DNA of 64,000 nucleotides from Phyllosticta citribraziliensis (Eukaryota): NCBI RefSeq assembly GCF_038025025.1, contig NW_027117351.1, positions 186,001 to 250,000 of the forward strand, read 5' to 3'. Shown piece by piece: positions 60,493 to 64,000 of this stretch (position 1 is its first letter; each line of letters starts with the position of its first letter). The notes under the pieces were generated by a model. It saw only the letters and a program-made list of their open reading frames with translations, ran no database searches and was not told where the DNA came from. The position numbers and the translations under genes were made by a program.

Positions 60493-62847
60493 GCTCGCTC
60501 CCTCTTGGGGCTGTCGTCGCTGTACGAACAGCAGAAGGAGCCATCCAAGGAGCAAAAAGACCATCAATCCTCGGGCAGGCGAAGCCGGCAGAACAAGCGC
60601 AAGTCCAATGCCACCTCCATCACCACAACCTCGGCCTCGACCTCGTCGCCCACCTCGCCATCTTTTCCCTCGCCGCTGGCCCTCCTCGACTCGCTCCCCT
60701 TCGATCCCCTCACCACCAGCGCCACGACTCTTGCACAACTCCTCGCCGCGGGCTCCTTCACCTCGGTCGACCTCGTCGACGTGTACCTGGCGGCTATTGA
60801 GCGCCACAACCGCTCGGGCCGCCAGCTACGCGCCCTCATCGGCACCGCGCCGCGCTACCATCTCTTCGCGCTAGCCCGTCGCCTCGACGACGAGCGAAGT
60901 GCCGGCCGCTGCCGCGGCCCTCTTCATGGAGTCCCCGTCGTGCTCCAGGACAACATTGTCACCTGCGCCGGAGCCGACGACGTCCCCACGACCCCAACCA
61001 GCACGACAACCACCACCACCATATCCGCCGCCGAAGCTGCACAACCTGTCGCCGATCCCAGCGTCAATGCGGCCGCCGCCGGCCACGGCATGGACACGAC
61101 GCTGGGGTCGTACGCCTTTGTCGGCGCGCGGCCCAAACGGGCGGCCAGCGTCACGCAGCGCCTGGAGCGCGCAGGTCTCATCGTAATTGGCAAGTCGAAT
61201 CTAAGCGAGCTGTGCGGGCTCAAGAGCGAGACCATGGCGACTGGCTGGTCCGCTGTTGGTGGGCAGACGCTGTCTCCGTTTGTCGCGCGCCGCTTCGACC
61301 GCGACAACGACGCGTGGGTGTGGGAGCAGTCCCCGGCGGCTCCGGCAGAGGGTAGCGCGGCTGGTTCCGCTGTTGCCGTTGCCGCTGGCTTTTCCCCGCT
61401 GGCCGTTGCGACGGATGCGATTGGAGGCTTGGTCGACGTGGCGAGTCGGAACGGGCTGTACTCGTTGAAGATGACGGCCGGGTCGGTACCGTTGGATGGA
61501 GTGTGGTGCACCAGCCGCAGCTTCGATGGCGTGGGCGGTCTCGCAAAGTCGGCGTCCGACTTGGTTGCTCTGACGGACGCCGTCGTGGAGCCGAGCATGA
61601 TTGGCGACGACTACTACCCCAGGGGCTTTCAAAAGTTTTCGGTCCAGAAGAGTTGGAGCGGGTTGAGAGTGGGTTTTGTCGACCCTCGAGTGTGGAAGCC
61701 TAGGGGAGAGCTGGCAAAGGCGAACCCAGAGGCGCAAAAGTTCATGGTATGAGGTTCTTTCTCCTTGCGCCGGTCTTCGGCTGACTTTGTTTGCAGATTG
61801 CCATGTACGAAGCGGCTGTCCAGCGCGTTCGCGAGCAGGGCGCCATTGTATCCTATCCCGTGCAAGCACCGTCGCCTCAGATCTTTCAAGACAGCGAACG
61901 AGACTCGTTTGAGGCCGTCACACGTATGTCATTCCTCCTTTTTGCACGACCTTGACTAACGGGAGGCAGACCACGAATTCAAAGAGCTGTCCGCCGACTA
62001 TCTCGCCAACCTCGAAACCTCGCGCGTCCACTCCCTGCCCGACATCGTCGACTTCAACACCAAGCATGCCGACGTAGAGCTGTCTTCCTCCTGTCCTGAC
62101 CAAGCCGACCTCATCACCGCGTCGTCAGACACACCCGACGACTCTGCACAGGCGCGCGAAGCCCTCGACCGCCTGCGTCGCCTGGGTGGCAGTGAAGGCA
62201 TCGACCTGGTGCTCGAGTGCCACAGGCTGGACGTGCTCGTTGCGCCGGCCGACAGCGCCTTGTGCGAGCTCGCGGCCGCAGCGGGTAAGTTCCACACCCT
62301 CCTTACTCTATCTGACTCACCGAGCCTCGACACTGACGCAAATGCAGGCTACCCCATTGCGACAACGCCCCTCTCGATGCTACGTCCACAAGCCCGCCCC
62401 TTCGGTCTGGCGGTGACGACGCGCGCGCACCACGAGCACCTCCTCCTGCACTTCGCCAGCGCCTGGGAAGCGCTCTGCCCGCCCGTCACGCCGCCGCCGC
62501 TCGACGCCGTACCCCTACACGCCGCCGCCTCCTCCAACCCCACGTCCTCGCCCTCGCCGTCGCGCTCCCCCAGCAGCGCCGGCAGCAGCAGTGTCAACCC
62601 CCCGTCCAGCTCCCACGGCCAGGCGCAGTCCGCCCCCGACGCCCCCATCATCCGTGTCATCCTCAAGGAGTGGGACACGCGCGACTTTGGCCACAGCAGC
62701 GACGCGCTGGCCGCGTGGCTCAATGCCCGCTGGCGCAAGAGCGGGTACCGCGTCGATGAGGACGTCGTGTGGCGCATCCTCCAAGCCAGCGGGCGCGAGG
62801 CGTGGCGCGGGCTCGGGGACCGCAGCCAGGGTGCCTTTGTGCGGTAG
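60493..62847 (+). CDS. Amidase-signature family protein with degenerate active site and an extra C-terminal domain; 5' exon(s) unresolved
   Basis: 'RGPLHGVPVVLQDNI', 'IIGK/VIGKSNLSEL', 'GWSAVGGQT', 'GSAVAVAAGFSPLAV', 'GYPIATTPL...PFGLAV'. Introns 61747-61796, ~61924-61969, ~62285-62347. A probable acceptor at 60492 implies upstream exon(s). Confidence 0.85.
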
Positions 62848-63414
62848 GTCTGGGTCGCGGCGAAAAAAGGGAAGGGTCTCGTTTGTCGGGTTTGGTTCTG
62901 ATCTTTGAATGGGTGGTGGGGCGGTTGGTGTTGCTGCTCTTGTTGTTTGCTGCTTGCGCGCTGTTGTCTCGTTCTCTGCGTCGGTCTTTGTCTGCTCTGC
63001 CGGCCTGCGTGCCTGCCTGCCTGCCTCTTTTTCTGTCTGTCGCTGCCGTCTGCCTGTTTGCTTTGGCTTTGTGTCTGATACCTACCTACCTACCTCTCTG
63101 CCTGGTACTGGCCTTTTATCCTTTTCAATCTTCGATCTTTCCGTCGTCTTATTTTTGCCGTAGTGCGGCGTTTCAATGGTGATGTGACTGACGACGCAGA
63201 CCTGAGCTTGCGCGAATGCTGGTCTTAGCAATTAACTTCAAGACAAAAGAGACTAGCCAACTCAGGGTGAGTCGAGGCAGTCATGCGTCGTCAAGAGTAC
63301 GAAGCAACAAAGAGCGTCGAGGCGACAGCAGGGTGAAAAGGTCGACGGCGGTAGCAGGCTTGCCTGCCTGCCAAGCATCGCCTTTATATCCTGCAAAGTT
63401 TGTCCCCAAAGTAA

Positions 63415-63583
63415 GAACCGAAAGCTGAACGGGGTCCTATGGTCTAGTGGTGGCCACTGGGGTGTTAGGGGCGCTTCACACAGCTCCGAATTTGAGTAAG
63501 GTTACTCTGGCCCTAAGTGAACTTAGGGATGCGGAGGAAGACAATACAGTACGCGAGTTCGAATCACGGTTCAAGTTTTTTTT
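63415..63583 (+). ncRNA. Candidate RNA polymerase III-transcribed structured ncRNA (tRNA-type promoter, not a canonical tRNA)
   Basis: A-box TGGTCTAGTGG 63440-63450, B-box GTTCGAATC 63557-63565, T8 terminator 63576-63583, upstream TTTATAT 63383-63389, several nested stems. Confidence 0.45.
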
Positions 63584-64000
63584 CTTTTTCGTCTTTGCTC
63601 CCTAGTTGTTATTCACTTTAGTACGCGCTCTTGACCGTCGATGCCGACGCCCAGCCCACATTGTTTTGTCTTCCACAGCGCCTGCACCCGCGCCGCTGAC
63701 CTTTTCCCTCACAGTCAGACTTGACCGTGCTGTCCTAGGCCCTCGACCTTCAACGCTCAACTTTGCAAACCCTCGTCTCCGTCCGAAAGGCTTTGCGTCG
63801 TGCACCCTGCTGGGCAACAGCACTGGGCCACTTTGCCTTCGTCTCTCCTGTTGGTCACCCTTTGCACGTTTGCGCCGCATTGCGCCCAACACTTTCCCCT
63901 CCCGATCGCAGCTTTTTGATACTTGGAGTCACAGATCATGGCTCCGACCAACCGTGAAAAGGCCATTACTTGGCTAAATAGCATTGGCATCCAAGAGCTC

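Noticed and set aside
63424..63575. Canonical tRNA (Val-CAC) or selenocysteine tRNA (CTTCA loop, CTGGGGTG resemblance)
   Set aside because: No acceptor stem, mismatched T-stem and no proper 7-nt anticodon loop; Dikarya are not known to have the Sec machinery. Kept only as an unclassified Pol III-like RNA candidate.

Overview
This is eukaryotic, intron-containing DNA from a filamentous ascomycete (Pezizomycotina-type genes, short ~45-65 nt GT-AG introns with CTRAC branch sites, GC-rich, microsatellite-dense). The conserved backbone is: an RS/RD-rich protein (5' end outside the window), an APC-family amino acid/choline permease, a CLC chloride transporter, BUD4/anillin, mitochondrial DEAD-box helicase MRH4, mitochondrial BolA (BOL3/AIM1-like), a CBM21 PP1-targeting subunit (GAC1-like), an EBP-family membrane protein, TTI1 and PDS5 head-to-head, and an amidase-signature protein. 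The standout is hidden from the ORF track by three introns. A 4-exon gene at 34091-35045 (+), alone in a ~16 kb gene-poor stretch, encodes a 266-aa secreted precursor with five KR-delimited cystine-knot (C-C-CC-C-C) peptides separated by acidic EA/EP spacers, i.e. a candidate Kex2-processed multi-knottin toxin or antifungal cassette. Other notable items: a 478-bp hAT-type MITE with 21-bp TIRs and an 8-bp TSD, an HNH-nuclease-like protein with acidic tandem repeats beside orphan genes, an amidase lacking its catalytic Lys and nucleophile Ser but carrying an HTH-like tail, and a structured non-tRNA Pol III-like RNA gene candidate near 63.5 kb. All family assignments come from motif recognition by eye; no database searches were run.
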